In this document: in pieces, positions 18,047 through 28,330 of the stretch
Layout of the letters: every line of letters starts with the position of its first letter
Position numbering within the stretch: position 1 is the first letter of the stretch
From: Polyangium mundeleinium
GTDB lineage: Bacteria > Myxococcota_A > Polyangia > Polyangiales > Polyangiaceae
Length of the DNA stretch: 64,000 bases
Direction of reading: 5' to 3'
Assembly (NCBI RefSeq): GCF_028369105.1
Contig: NZ_JAQNDO010000001.1
Span: 1,971,711-2,035,710, forward strand
Notes under the pieces: model-generated
What the model saw: only the letters and a program-made list of their open reading frames with translations
Databases searched by the model: none
Told to the model about the DNA's origin: nothing
Position numbers and translations under genes: made by a program

Positions 18047-21000
18047 CTATTGAAAGCTCACCGAGATGTTGTCGAGGCCCCAGCCCTCGTCGCCGACGCC
18101 TTGCAGCATCATGGCGCCGAATTCGAACATGACCTCGCTCTGCGTGTGCGGCAGCGCGTGGCTCAGGTGGTAGACGGAGTCGAGCGGCTGGCCACTCCAC
18201 AGGTAGCCGAGTGAGTTCACCTCGGTCGCGCCCGAAAGGCCGGGGTGGGAGGTCGGCGGCGTGCCCCAGTTGTCCGGATACGACTGCGCCCCGTTTGGCC
18301 CGTTTGCGAACGTCGTGCCCATGACGAAGACGCTGTCCATCTTGAGCCCCCATCCATCCGGCCCGGCGTTGCCGTCCCAGCTCTGGATCACGTAGAGATC
18401 GAACGCCAGCGTGATGCTCTCGTGCGGCGGCAAGTGCGCGAGCGTCAGCTTCATCGTGTGGTTGTCGAACTGCCCCAGGAACTTCGTCGCTGGACGGCTC
18501 CCGCCGGGCGTCTCGGAGACGAGGGCGGCCGGCAGTGCGCCCGAGACGAGGCTCCATTCGGATCCCACCGCGCCCTCGAAATCGTTGAAGTAGCTCCCCA
18601 TCGTGGCGATGGGCAGGGGCGCGTTCACGAGCGCGGTTGCGTACGACGCGTCGTTCGTCGAGGCCACGTCGAGGATGCATGCATTGAGGAGCCCCGGGTC
18701 CGTGACGCCCGCCTGCGTGCAGACCTGCTCGGCGGCCGTGTACGCTGCGGGCTCGAGCGATTGCGCGCTCGTCGGCTGCGCCGGGAACGCCAGATCCGTG
18801 TACGTCGCCGTGCTCTCCCCTGCCGCATAGTCGAAGAGCGACTCCACCTGCGAGATTCTCCAGCCATCGGCGAAGGTGTCGTGCAGGACCTCGTGCGAGA
18901 GCGGCTGCTCGAGTGGTGTGCCGTCGCGCAGGGCGAACTCGTTCGAGGGGATCCCATCGAAGTTGCCGAGCAGGCCGCTGACCTGCCCCGAATGCAGGTC
19001 GGTGAGCTTCAGCTGGAGGTCGATGCGATCGCCGGGATGCACGCGGACGACCAGCTTGTCGCCGCTGCTCCAGCGCACCACGAAATCGTGACCGCGATAC
19101 GAGACCGTGCCGCCGTCGAGCGGGATGCTCCCGACGCTGGAGAGGGGCACTTCGGCGCCATCGACGACGAGGCGCATCGAGGGGCGCGCGTGGAGGGCCA
19201 CGCGCTGCAGGCCGACGCGCGCCGCTACCGCGGTGTTCACGGCGATCGAGTTCGAGCTGCCGACGGGCTCCTGGCGGACCTGGGCCGTCAGCGTCGGCGT
19301 CGCCGCGAGCACGAATTCCCCGACGGACTGGAGGTCGTACAAGAGCCCATCGAACGTGACGAGGTGGGGATCGCCCGTGCTGCCCCCGCCCGTCGTGGGC
19401 GGCTCGGGGTCGCCGCCGCCGCCTCCACCGCCACCCCCACCGCCGCCGTCGCCGCAACGTCCGCATACCGCGCAGGCATTGGGGCAGCAGTCGCCGAACA
19501 CGACGCAGAGCGGATCACAATGGCAGCCTCCGCCGGCGCTGTTGCATTCGTTCGGCGAGCAGAGGCCGTCGAAGCAGTCGACCGCGCAGCTCACGGCGTT
19601 CTCGTCCGCCTCGCAGACCCCGTTTCCGCAGCAGGTGGTCTCGGCGCTGCTCGAATAAAACCACGTGGGATCCCAGAAGCTCGACTTGACGACGCTCGCT
19701 TGCGTGGCGTTGTCGATGATGAAGCCGAACTCCGAAACGGCGCCCCCGCAGTAGCTATCCATGAGCCCGCCCGGGTAGAGGTTCTGCGAGCCGATGTAGA
19801 ACGCTTGCTCGTCGATCATCACGAACTTGGAGTGGTTCGTGTACTCGATCCCGTCCGCCCACGTGGGAGCGAAGGCGTGCCTGAACTCCGCGACGTGCAC
19901 CTTGCCGCAATAAAGCTGCTCCGCCGTGGCGTACCCGAGCGCGGCGAGCTCGCCCGGGGGGATGGGGTCCTCGAGGAAGAACTGTTCGAGCTGCTGGGCC
20001 GTCCAGTCGACCGTCCATCCATTCTGGTAAAACCCCCCATCGAGGACGATCTTGACCTCGACTCCGCGGCGGATCGCGGCGCGTAGCTTCTCCCAGAGTT
20101 GATCGGAATAGGAGTGGTACCGGCAAATCGGAGAGGCGAACAGATCTTGCTGGCTGATGAGGATCGACGTTTGCGCCGCGTCGATGAGCGCATAAAGCGC
20201 CCGGTCACCAGCCAGCGAATCGCCGACGTCTCCGATGTTGGTCCCCGAGGTGCCGACCGAGATGACGCGGAGACGGGCGTGCGGGATGCTGGGCGGCGCC
20301 GTGAACCGATCAAGACAAGCGCCAGCATTGAGGTGGATGGGGGTCTTGGGGACGCTGATCCAGTGCGCGGGCCATGCGTTCTCACAATCCATGTCCTGGA
20401 GCTGGTTTACGTACTGCTGCGCGTGCGCGGCGGCGGCGCCGCGGAGCCGAACGGAGAGATCGTGCACGGGCGACAGGCGGTCGATGTAATCGTGGGCCCA
20501 CAGATTGATCCCGCCCGCGATGACCTCTTGGCCATCCGCGGCGACGATCTTCGAGTGGTTGAGCGGGAAGTCCCAGAACACGAGATGGCTCGGCATCCTC
20601 CCTGCGGAGACGCGGATGCGAAGGTCGGCCAGGAAGGGCGCCGTCACCTTGTCGACGATCTCCTCTGGCTCGAGGCCGCCATGGCCCGTGACGAACCGGA
20701 CGTGCAGCCGGGGCGCCCAGGGCTCCGCCGGCGGCGGGATCGGCGCCTTGCTGTTCAGCTTCTCGAGGGCCCCGGTGATCGCCTCCAGGAATCTGTCGTC
20801 ATGGAACGACAGGCTCGTGATATCGACGTATTGCTCCCCGCTCAGGATGACGTCGACGATCTCGTGGAGGTAGTCGTCGGAGTGATTGAGCGGCAGGGCG
20901 TTGTTGCCCCACCACCGCTGGTGGGGGAACTGGAGCAGGCCGACCATCGTGTTGTTGCACGAGGAATCCCAGTAGCGGCCCGGGGGCTCGGCCGCGTCGA

Positions 21001-21222
21001 GCGCGGCGATGACCTGGTCCCCGATCGTCGAACCGTTGCACCAGAGCTGCAACGGCGGCGCCGGCACCTCCACCTCCACGGGCGCCTCTTTCCTCCCCTG
21101 CGGTCCCCCTGTCCACGGAGCCCCGTTGTTGTTGGCGAGGGCGCCGCTCGCGTGTGCTGCAATCGTGGACGCGGCGGCGAGCGCGAGACACGCCTCTCGG
21201 CGGAAACGATGTGTCTGTTTCA
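18047..21222 (-). CDS. Secreted phospholipase D-family (two HKD motifs) protein fused to a von Willebrand factor type D (VWD) domain.
   Basis: Signal peptide 'RREACLALAAASTIAAHASGA' with a GTG start near 21222; the ORF in the track is extended 5' through the repeat array. HKD motifs 'NHSKIVAAD' and 'NHSKFVMIDEQ'. Cys-rich module, poly-Gly linker, and VWD signature 'GDPHLVTFDGLLYDLQSVGEFVL'. Confidence 0.75.
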
Positions 21223-21411
21223 CGGGGAAACCTCCGGGACGGAACCATGACGAGACGAACGCGAAGGCGAACGCGAAGGGGGGATGCTCACATCCGCATG
21301 GGTTGATCAAGATATTTGTAGGCGGGCTGAGGATGTTCGCGGGGGCTATGCCAAGGGGACGGGCGGGATTGGCGTCCACGCCCGGGGCAACGTGAACGAG
21401 GTGCCGAGAGG

Positions 21412-21905
21412 TCGAAGGCACGCTCGCCGGGCTTGTCGCAAGGGCTGGGAGGTTGTCGACGTGCTCGCCGGGCATGTCGGCAAGGGCTGGGGTGGTTGTC
21501 GACATGCGCGCCGGGTTCGTCGGCAAAGGCTGGGGAGGTTGTCGACATGCGCGCCGAGCTCGTCGGCAAGGGCTGGGGTGGTTGTCGACATGCGCGCCGG
21601 GCTCGTCGGCAAGGGCTGGGGTGGTTGTCGACATGCGCGCCGGGTTCGTCGGCAAAGGCTGGGGAGGTTGTCGACATGCGCGCCGGGCTTGTCGGCAACG
21701 GCTGGGGACTTTGTCGACATGCGCGCCGAGCTCGTCGGCAAGGGCTGGGGAGGTTGTCGACGTGCGCGCCGGGCTCGTCGGCAAGGGCGGGGGAGGTTGT
21801 CGACGTGCTCGCCGTGGTGGCCGGCAACGGTTGGGGACTTTGTCGACATGCTCGCCGGGCTCGTCGGCAACGGTTGGGGACTTTGTCGACATGGTCGCCC
21901 GTGGT
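21412..21905. repeat. Approximately 12 tandem copies of a 43-bp direct repeat (consensus cgccgggctcgtcggcaagggctggggaggttgtcgacatgcg), each containing the palindrome TGTCGACA.
   Basis: GTCGAC recurs with an exact 43-bp period (21455, 21498, 21541, 21584, 21627 and onward). The period is not a multiple of 3, and there are no intervening unique spacers. Confidence 0.9.
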
Positions 21906-22153
21906 TGCCGGGGGGGAGTCCCGTAATTACGGCAGTCGGAGTCCAAATGACGGCAGTCTGTACCGCCCTTTCACCCGCCCTCGACCCGCTCCCCTGAACA
22001 CGTGTGCTCGGATCGACCGTGATTGGCCCGGCTTGCCCGCGTCGGAGAGCGCGCCCGCGACGTCGCTCCTCCCGCTTGGATCGATCGGATGCGCGCGGTG
22101 GTCGTGGGATGTTGACAAGGCTCCCGGGGGTGACGTAAGCTGATATACGGGAC

Positions 22154-22384
22154 ATGCGGACCTTTCTTGCACTCTTCTGTGTAGCGGTCCTCGTGGAGGG
22201 GTGCGTTGACGAGCCCAGGAGGCGACCACCCTGCACGGATCCAGACGAATGTGCCGTGCAACGAGACAACTGCTTCAACGGCTGCGCCCAGCGTCATGCC
22301 CCAGTAAGCTGTGCAGATTGCTGTAACAGTGTGTTCAGGAGCTGCGATGATTGCAAATCATGGAACTTCGAGTCGTGCAGGTGA
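22154..22384 (+). CDS. Small secreted cysteine-rich protein (76 aa, 13 Cys) in a low-GC islet.
   Basis: Signal-like 'MRTFLALFCVAVLVEGC'. Dense Cys pattern. Local GC is lower than the surroundings. No recognizable family. Confidence 0.35.
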   Translation: MRTFLALFCVAVLVEGCVDEPRRRPPCTDPDECAVQRDNCFNGCAQRHAPVSCADCCNSVFRSCDDCKSWNFESCR

Positions 22385-22790
22385 CTCGTTCAAACCCGGA
22401 CTCGCAGCCATCCTCGTGGGCGGACTGCTCGCATTGTTCTGCGGATGCGGACGAAATGCGCCCCATCAACTCGTCCTGCGATACGATGAGGTGGCCCACG
22501 TGAGTGGATGCAACATCCGCCTCATTCAGATCACCATCCGTGACGATGGCTACGAGCCGTTCGCGGCTCTCAATTACAATTGCGGAGGCTTACCGGAGTC
22601 GGACCTGTTCGAGAAGAATTGGTCGAAGGACTATCTCCCGCCCCTCGGGTTCACGATGAACGTCGGGGATTGTCAGCTCTTCAAGGACACGTTCTACTGC
22701 GTCGAGGCCATCGAAACCGACAAGGTGACGCTCCAGGCGACGTACAAGTGGGCCAACCCAGACCATTCGCGAATCGAGCGGATCAAGTAA
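22347..22790 (+). CDS. Hypothetical secreted/lipoprotein in the low-GC islet.
   Basis: Hydrophobic 'LAAILVGGLLALFCGC' signal. The start is uncertain and overlaps the preceding small ORF. No family recognized. Confidence 0.4.
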   Translation: MIANHGTSSRAGDSFKPGLAAILVGGLLALFCGCGRNAPHQLVLRYDEVAHVSGCNIRLIQITIRDDGYEPFAALNYNCGGLPESDLFEKNWSKDYLPPLGFTMNVGDCQLFKDTFYCVEAIETDKVTLQATYKWANPDHSRIERIK

Positions 22791-23012
22791 TCTGCAAAGG
22801 CCCCGCCCCATCCACGCGCCTGTGCATCTCCAGGCACGCCTGATCCACCATCCCGCGCATCATCCGCGGCGCGACCCCGAGCACCGGACGCCCTGAGACG
22901 CATAACGGGCATTCCGCGCGGACGTCGCGGATCCGGGCCAACTCCACGCAGGAGCACGGCTGGCCGAAGTCAGCGGGTCGCCTCACGGGGGCTGCCGCCC
23001 TTCATCGAATCA

Positions 23013-23864
23013 TCACGGGCCGCTCGAGAGCCGGTACGTCGCGATCCATTGGTAACGGCTGCTCCGCGGCAGTTCGGAGGGATCGAAGGCGCCGGCCCAT
23101 GGCACCGCGTCCGAAACCCACAGGTTGGCCCGCACCTCTTGCGGGTGCTCGAGTTCACGCAAGATCACCGCGTCGGTGAAGCGGTGCAATTCGCGCCCGT
23201 CCACCCAGTAGGCGATGCGATCGGGCAGCCATTCGATCTCCCAGGTGTGGAAATCGGCGGAAGCATCGAAGTCGAGGTCCACCCTCTTCTCCGTTTGGTG
23301 CTTCGTCCCGCCATCGTCCACCCAGTGGAGCGCAAACTGCACGGCTTGGGTCCCGCCGACGAACTCGATGTCGATCTCGGCGGTCTCGAGCAGCTTCGTG
23401 TAGCTGGCGTCGAACTGGTAGAAGGCGGTGAAAAACGAGGCGACCATGCCCGGGCGGGCGGTGGGGCGCATGCGCGTGAGGAAGCGCCCGAACTTCTGCG
23501 CGCCGGTCCGAGCGTACTCCGCGCCCAGAATCGTGCGATCCGAGTCGATGACGGTGTCGCCGCGCGCGGTGAGCCACAGATCGAGGGCGCCCTCGCTGGT
23601 GCGGACGTTCGAGGGATGGAGCCAGGCGAGGTTCGAGCCAAAGGTCCAGTCACCGAGCGTCGAGGGACCGAGCCCCTGCTCGAAATCATCCAACCACGAG
23701 AGCTCGTACGCGATGCCGCCGCGCGTGGCGCGTGGGGGGAGCTCGCTCTCGTGCGTGGGGGCGAGGTCGCCTTGGGGCGAATCGGGGAGGTCGGTTCGTG
23801 GAGCAGGAGCCGGTGCGCAAGCCGCGGCGAGGGCGGCCGAGCAGAGGACGAGCGTGGCGCGCAT
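23013..23864 (-). CDS. Glycoside hydrolase family 16 (beta-glucanase/laminarinase-like) lipoprotein.
   Basis: Signal/lipobox 'LAAACAP'. GH16 catalytic motif 'EIDIEF' in a beta-jelly-roll-like context. Confidence 0.8.
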   Translation of the reverse strand: MRATLVLCSAALAAACAPAPAPRTDLPDSPQGDLAPTHESELPPRATRGGIAYELSWLDDFEQGLGPSTLGDWTFGSNLAWLHPSNVRTSEGALDLWLTARGDTVIDSDRTILGAEYARTGAQKFGRFLTRMRPTARPGMVASFFTAFYQFDASYTKLLETAEIDIEFVGGTQAVQFALHWVDDGGTKHQTEKRVDLDFDASADFHTWEIEWLPDRIAYWVDGRELHRFTDAVILRELEHPQEVRANLWVSDAVPWAGAFDPSELPRSSRYQWIATYRLSSGP

Positions 23865-23937
23865 CCTGCGGAGTGTAGGCGCGGGGAGGGAGGGGAGGAA
23901 GCGGTGGGTGGTGGGCGCCCACCCATCACGCCACAGC

Positions 23938-26325
23938 CTACGCCCTTGGCCGTCGCCGCAGAAGGAGCCATGCAGCGATCACCAGCCACCCCGTGGGGCC
24001 CGTCGGCGAGCCGCTCGTGCCGCAGCCGCCGCTCGTCGGTCCTTCGCCTTTGGCGCCGGTATCCCCGCCTTCCCCTCCGTCAGCACCGCCGCCGCCCTCA
24101 CTGCCGCCGCCTGCGCCGCCGTTCCCCAGGCACACGCCCGACTGGCACGTCCCCAGGCTGCAAGGTGTCCCGTCGGGCTTGGCTGCGCTCCCGCAGCCGG
24201 TTTGCGGGTCGCACGCGCTCGCCTCGTGGCATTCGTCCGGCGCCACGCAGACCAGGGGGTTCCCGGTGCACAGGCCGCTCTGGCAAGCATCCGCCTGCGT
24301 ACAGAGATTGCCGTCGTCGCACGGGACGCCATCCGGCGCCGGTCCATCCGCCGGGCATGCGCCCATGTCGCCGGAGCAGACCTCGGGCGCATCACAGGTG
24401 CCTGTCGCCGCGCGGCATTCGGTCCCGGCCGCGAGAAGGGTGCATTGGCCGATGGAGCCAGGGACGTTGCAGGCCTGGCAATCGTCCGTCGCCCCGTCGC
24501 CGCACGCCGTATCGCAGCAATGGCCGTCGACGCAGAACCCCGTCGGACAAGTGTCCGCCGATGAACACGCGGAGCCCGCGGGGCCCGTGTAAAGGAGGGC
24601 CCCCAGGGCCACGGTGCTGCCTGTCACAAAGCCGCCCGCCACGAGCACACGACCGTCTTGCAAGAGCGTGGCCGTTTGCCGGTATCGCACGCCGTTCATG
24701 GATACCGTGCCCATGAAATCACCGAGGTGGAGGCTGTAGAGCTCTGCGGTCGCCAGAGCCCCGCCCACCGTCCCCGCGCCGCCCACGAGGAGGACGTACC
24801 CCGTCGGCAGGAGCGTCGCCGTGTGTTGCGCCCGCGCGGCGAGCATGGGGGGGAGGGTCGACCATTTGCTGGTGGCCCGGTCGAAGACCTCGGCGGTCTT
24901 GAGCGCGACGGTCCCGACGCCATAACCGCCGGAGATCAGCACCTTGCCGCCCGGGAGCGCGACGGCCGCGAACGACTCCCGGGCCGTCTCGAGGGGCGGC
25001 AAGCTGGACCAGGTATTCGCGGACGGATCGTAAATCTCGGTCTCCGCCAGGTGGGTTGCGGAGTTGCCGACGCCACCGGTGACGAGCACCTCTCCGCTCG
25101 ACAGGAGCACCGCGGCGTGGCTCGCGCGGGCGAGCGCGAGCGGCGCCGTGGGTTGCCACGTGTTCGTGGCCGGATCGAAGACCTCCGCGCTCGCCACGCG
25201 GGTGGGCGTACCGGTGTTGAGCCCGGCGGTGATGAACACCCGGCCGTCCTGCAGCTTCGTGGCCTGGTGCCTCGTCCGCGCCGTGCTCATGGACGGCAGC
25301 GTCGTCCACGTCGCCGTGGCGGGGTCGTAGGCCTCGACGGTCGCAGAAGAGGCGCCGCTGAGCCCCCCGCCCGTGACGAGGACACGCCCATCGTCGAGCA
25401 GGTTCGCCGTGTGGAAGGCGCGCGCGTTGACCATCGACGCTGTGTAGGACCATTGGTTCGTGACCGGGTCATAAAGCTCGGCCGATTTGCCGGTCGTGGT
25501 GACGCTCGAGCCTCCCACGACCAGGACCCTGCCGTCCTGGAGCAGCGTCGCCGTGTGGAGATCGCGCCCGGCCTGGAGCGAGCCTGCCGGCGACCACAAG
25601 GGGTCGATGAGCAGCGCAGAAGCAAAAGGCGCATCGACCATCAGATCGATGAAATGGCCCCGCGCCACGAGCCGCACGGCGACCTCGCCTCCGCCTTCGG
25701 CGTACGCCACGGGGGCGGTCACCTGGATGCGCGCGTGGCCCTGGCCGTCGACGATCTGCACGGCATGGGCGGCCTGCCGGACCTCGGCGCCGTCGATTTC
25801 CCAGGTCGCCACGGCTTCACCCGCGCGCGTCGCTCCGGGCTCGACGTGGAGCCACTCCTCGAGGCCGCCGGCCGCGAGCGTCCAGAAGGATGTGCCCCCG
25901 GCGCGACGATAGGCAATGGCGCGGTCCGCCGGCGCGGCCTCGCCCTCGCGCCCGAGCTCGCGGACGTGAAAGGAAAAGCCGCCGGGCAAGGACATACGAA
26001 GGGGCTGATCGGATGCCCGTGGCAGCTCGACGCCGAGCGCGCCCCAGTGGGCTTCGCCGGGAGCCGGCAGGCCCCGGACGAATGCGCCGTCCCGCGCGGC
26101 GAAGAGCTGCTCGGCTTCGAGCACGGGACGGGAGCGTTCGGGGAAACGAAGGCGGAGACGCGTGGCTTCATGAGAGGCGGTCGGCTGGGAATGCGCGAGG
26201 CTTTCGAGCGAGCCCTCGTCCGGGTTGCTTTCGCTGCTGCAACCGAGCCCTCCCAAGGGCGCGCTCGCAACCGTCGCAGCGAACACCATGGGGGCGAGGT
26301 GTTGGAAGGATGGGCGGAGGTGCAT
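23938..26325 (-). CDS. Kelch-repeat beta-propeller surface protein with a myxobacterial Cys-rich repeat module and a MYXO-CTERM sorting signal.
   Basis: Multiple 'DGRVLV.GG' Kelch motifs. 'CPTGFCVDGHCCDTACG...' Cys-rich repeats. C-terminal 'GGCGTSG...WLVIAAWLLLRRRPRA'. Confidence 0.8.
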   Translation of the reverse strand: MHLRPSFQHLAPMVFAATVASAPLGGLGCSSESNPDEGSLESLAHSQPTASHEATRLRLRFPERSRPVLEAEQLFAARDGAFVRGLPAPGEAHWGALGVELPRASDQPLRMSLPGGFSFHVRELGREGEAAPADRAIAYRRAGGTSFWTLAAGGLEEWLHVEPGATRAGEAVATWEIDGAEVRQAAHAVQIVDGQGHARIQVTAPVAYAEGGGEVAVRLVARGHFIDLMVDAPFASALLIDPLWSPAGSLQAGRDLHTATLLQDGRVLVVGGSSVTTTGKSAELYDPVTNQWSYTASMVNARAFHTANLLDDGRVLVTGGGLSGASSATVEAYDPATATWTTLPSMSTARTRHQATKLQDGRVFITAGLNTGTPTRVASAEVFDPATNTWQPTAPLALARASHAAVLLSSGEVLVTGGVGNSATHLAETEIYDPSANTWSSLPPLETARESFAAVALPGGKVLISGGYGVGTVALKTAEVFDRATSKWSTLPPMLAARAQHTATLLPTGYVLLVGGAGTVGGALATAELYSLHLGDFMGTVSMNGVRYRQTATLLQDGRVLVAGGFVTGSTVALGALLYTGPAGSACSSADTCPTGFCVDGHCCDTACGDGATDDCQACNVPGSIGQCTLLAAGTECRAATGTCDAPEVCSGDMGACPADGPAPDGVPCDDGNLCTQADACQSGLCTGNPLVCVAPDECHEASACDPQTGCGSAAKPDGTPCSLGTCQSGVCLGNGGAGGGSEGGGGADGGEGGDTGAKGEGPTSGGCGTSGSPTGPTGWLVIAAWLLLRRRPRA

Positions 26326-26640
26326 GCGTACGGAGATCCTGGTTGATGGTTGGCTGTCTGCGTAGGTTGCCACGCTACAGGAAGTTACGACCCGGAGGAA
26401 GATGAACGCTCACGACCCCCCTTTCAGTCCAAGTTCGTCTCCCAATCCTCGAAGGGTGGCTCTACGACGTACGCCGCGTCCACGTAGCTCCGGATGTACT
26501 GGGCGGCGTGGTTCTCCGCCTGCTTTGCATTGCGTACGACGCCCTCCTCGTCCAGCTCGAGCACGTTGACGAAGAGCGCGCACGTCATCTCGACCGACTC
26601 TGTTATATGCGACTCCATGAACGGTATGTCGATTTCATCG

Positions 26641-28167
26641 ATGTTGCGTAGGCGCCCGCTCGTGCTCCTCGTCGGGGCCTTTCTTTCCCTCGGAGGCACG
26701 CGTGCCCTGGCGTCCCCCGTCCCCGTGGCGCAGTTCAATTGGACCCAGCAGCAGAAGCTCTTCATCGAGAACCCGATGGTCGGCGATCTCGCCGCGCAAG
26801 CGATCGGCCTCTCCGGCGATGTCATCATCGTCGGCGCGGCCGAGGCCGACCTCAAGGGGAGCCGATCCGGCGTGGCGCAGGTCTTCGTGCGAGCGGGAGG
26901 CTCCTTCGCCCCGACGCAGACGCTCTCCCCCGACGACGGGCAGCCCGACGACTATTTCGGCCACGCGGTCGACGTGGACGGCGATATCGCGATCATCAGC
27001 GCAGCCTTGGACGACGACAATGGGTTGAACAAAGGCTCGGCCTATGTGTACGCCCGGAGCGGGGGCGTCTACACGATGCAGCAGAAGCTCTTGGCACCTC
27101 CGGCGACCCTCGGCAGCTACGCATCCACCGTGGCCGTCAGCGGGACGACGATCCTCCTGGGGGGCGAGGGCAGCGGAGGTTTCGTGTATACCCAGAGCGG
27201 CTCGACCTGGTCGCTTCAGCAGAAGATCGCGCCGGCCGACCACGTCACGACGCATTTCGGCAATGCCGTCGACCTCTCCGGCGACACGGCCATCATCGCG
27301 GCATTCGCGGATCCCACGATGAGCGTCGATGGTGGCTCGGCCTCTCTCTATGTGCGCAGCGGCGCGACCTGGACGGAGCAACAAAAGGTCTTCCCGTCCG
27401 ATCCGACGGTAGGGCAAAACTTCGGGTATTCGGTCGCCATCGACGGCGATACGGCGGTCGTGGGCGCCATCGGCGACAGCGAGAAGGGGACGTGGGCCGG
27501 CGCGGCGTATGTCTTCGTCCGCAATGGCGTCACGTGGAGCCAGCAGCAGAAGCTCGTCGCGAGCGACGCGCAGGAGAGAGCGCAGTTCGGGTGGGGCGTC
27601 GCGGTGCAGGGGGACAGGGTGCTCATCGGGACCCCCACGATGAAGACGGCCGTGACGCAGCCGGGAGCGGCGTACGTCTTCGAGAGGAGCGGCGGCGTCT
27701 GGACCGAGGCGAACAAGCTCACGGCCTCGGACGCGGTGGCGGTGGAGAACAGGTTCGGCTGGTCTTGCCGTCTCGACGGCGAGACGGCGGTCGTCGGCGC
27801 GCCCAGCGATGCAGAAAAAGGCGGCTCCTCGGGCGCGGCGTACGTGTTCGCGATGGAGATGGGCGGGTCCGGTGGAATGGGCGGGGCCGGCGGAATGGGC
27901 GGGGCCGGCGGCGCGGGTGGGTCCGGTGGAATGGGCGGGTCCGGCGGAATGGGCGGGTCCGGCGGAATGGGCGGGTCCGGCGGAATGGGCGGGTCCGGCG
28001 GCGCTCCGTCGACGGAGGAGAGCGGCTGCGGCTGCCGGATGGCCGGCGCGGAGCGAGGCGGCGGGGCAGCATGGTTGCTCGCGCTGGGAGGGGTGGTCCT
28101 CGCCGGGAGTCAGCGGCGCGCGCGCTCCCGGAGCATTGTGCGGCGGGGCGACGGCTCGACGTTCTAG
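26641..28167 (+). CDS. FG-GAP (integrin-alpha-like) repeat protein with a GGMGG low-complexity linker and a MYXO-CTERM signal.
   Basis: Signal peptide 'MLRRRPLVLLVGAFLSLGGTRALA'. Repeated 'FG.AV...GD...IGA..' motifs. 'ESGCGCRMAG...LAGSQRRARS' at the C-terminus. Confidence 0.75.
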   Translation: MLRRRPLVLLVGAFLSLGGTRALASPVPVAQFNWTQQQKLFIENPMVGDLAAQAIGLSGDVIIVGAAEADLKGSRSGVAQVFVRAGGSFAPTQTLSPDDGQPDDYFGHAVDVDGDIAIISAALDDDNGLNKGSAYVYARSGGVYTMQQKLLAPPATLGSYASTVAVSGTTILLGGEGSGGFVYTQSGSTWSLQQKIAPADHVTTHFGNAVDLSGDTAIIAAFADPTMSVDGGSASLYVRSGATWTEQQKVFPSDPTVGQNFGYSVAIDGDTAVVGAIGDSEKGTWAGAAYVFVRNGVTWSQQQKLVASDAQERAQFGWGVAVQGDRVLIGTPTMKTAVTQPGAAYVFERSGGVWTEANKLTASDAVAVENRFGWSCRLDGETAVVGAPSDAEKGGSSGAAYVFAMEMGGSGGMGGAGGMGGAGGAGGSGGMGGSGGMGGSGGMGGSGGMGGSGGAPSTEESGCGCRMAGAERGGGAAWLLALGGVVLAGSQRRARSRSIVRRGDGSTF

Positions 28168-28192
28168 AGCGCCGAACAGTTCGGCGCTCTGC
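28168..28192. terminator. GC hairpin (gagcgccgaa cagt tcggcgctc) immediately after the stop codon; probable intrinsic terminator.
   Basis: 10-bp perfect stem starting 2 nt after the TAG at 28165-28167. Confidence 0.45.
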
Positions 28193-28287
28193 GAGATCGC
28201 GAAGCGAGCTCGCCTCGGGGGGTGAATCGGCCGGGCTCCGCCTGGCCGAGAGGGGGACGCGAGGCGTCCCCCTAGGGACGAAAGAAG

Positions 28288-28330
28288 CCTAGAACATCGA
28301 GCGGTTGTCAAACCGATCGATGTTCTAGGC
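28288..28330. promoter_or_regulatory. AT-rich 13-bp perfect inverted repeat CCTAGAACATCGA-N16-TCGATGTTCTAGG in an intergenic region; candidate operator or terminator.
   Basis: Seen directly in the sequence. The composition is strikingly AT-rich relative to the surrounding roughly 70% GC. Confidence 0.5.

Noticed and set aside
18245-20086. 613-aa plus-strand ORF
   Set aside because: Antisense to the PLD-VWD gene; no domain features.
21412-21905. Possible CRISPR array
   Set aside because: Units are directly abutting 43-bp repeats with no unique spacers, and no cas genes are nearby. This is a tandem minisatellite, not CRISPR.
26424-26621. Minus-strand small ORF ('MESHITESVEMTCALFVNVLELDEEGVV...')
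   Set aside because: It is plausible as a small protein, but it is unsupported by any family and lies in the promoter region of the FG-GAP gene. It is left uncalled.
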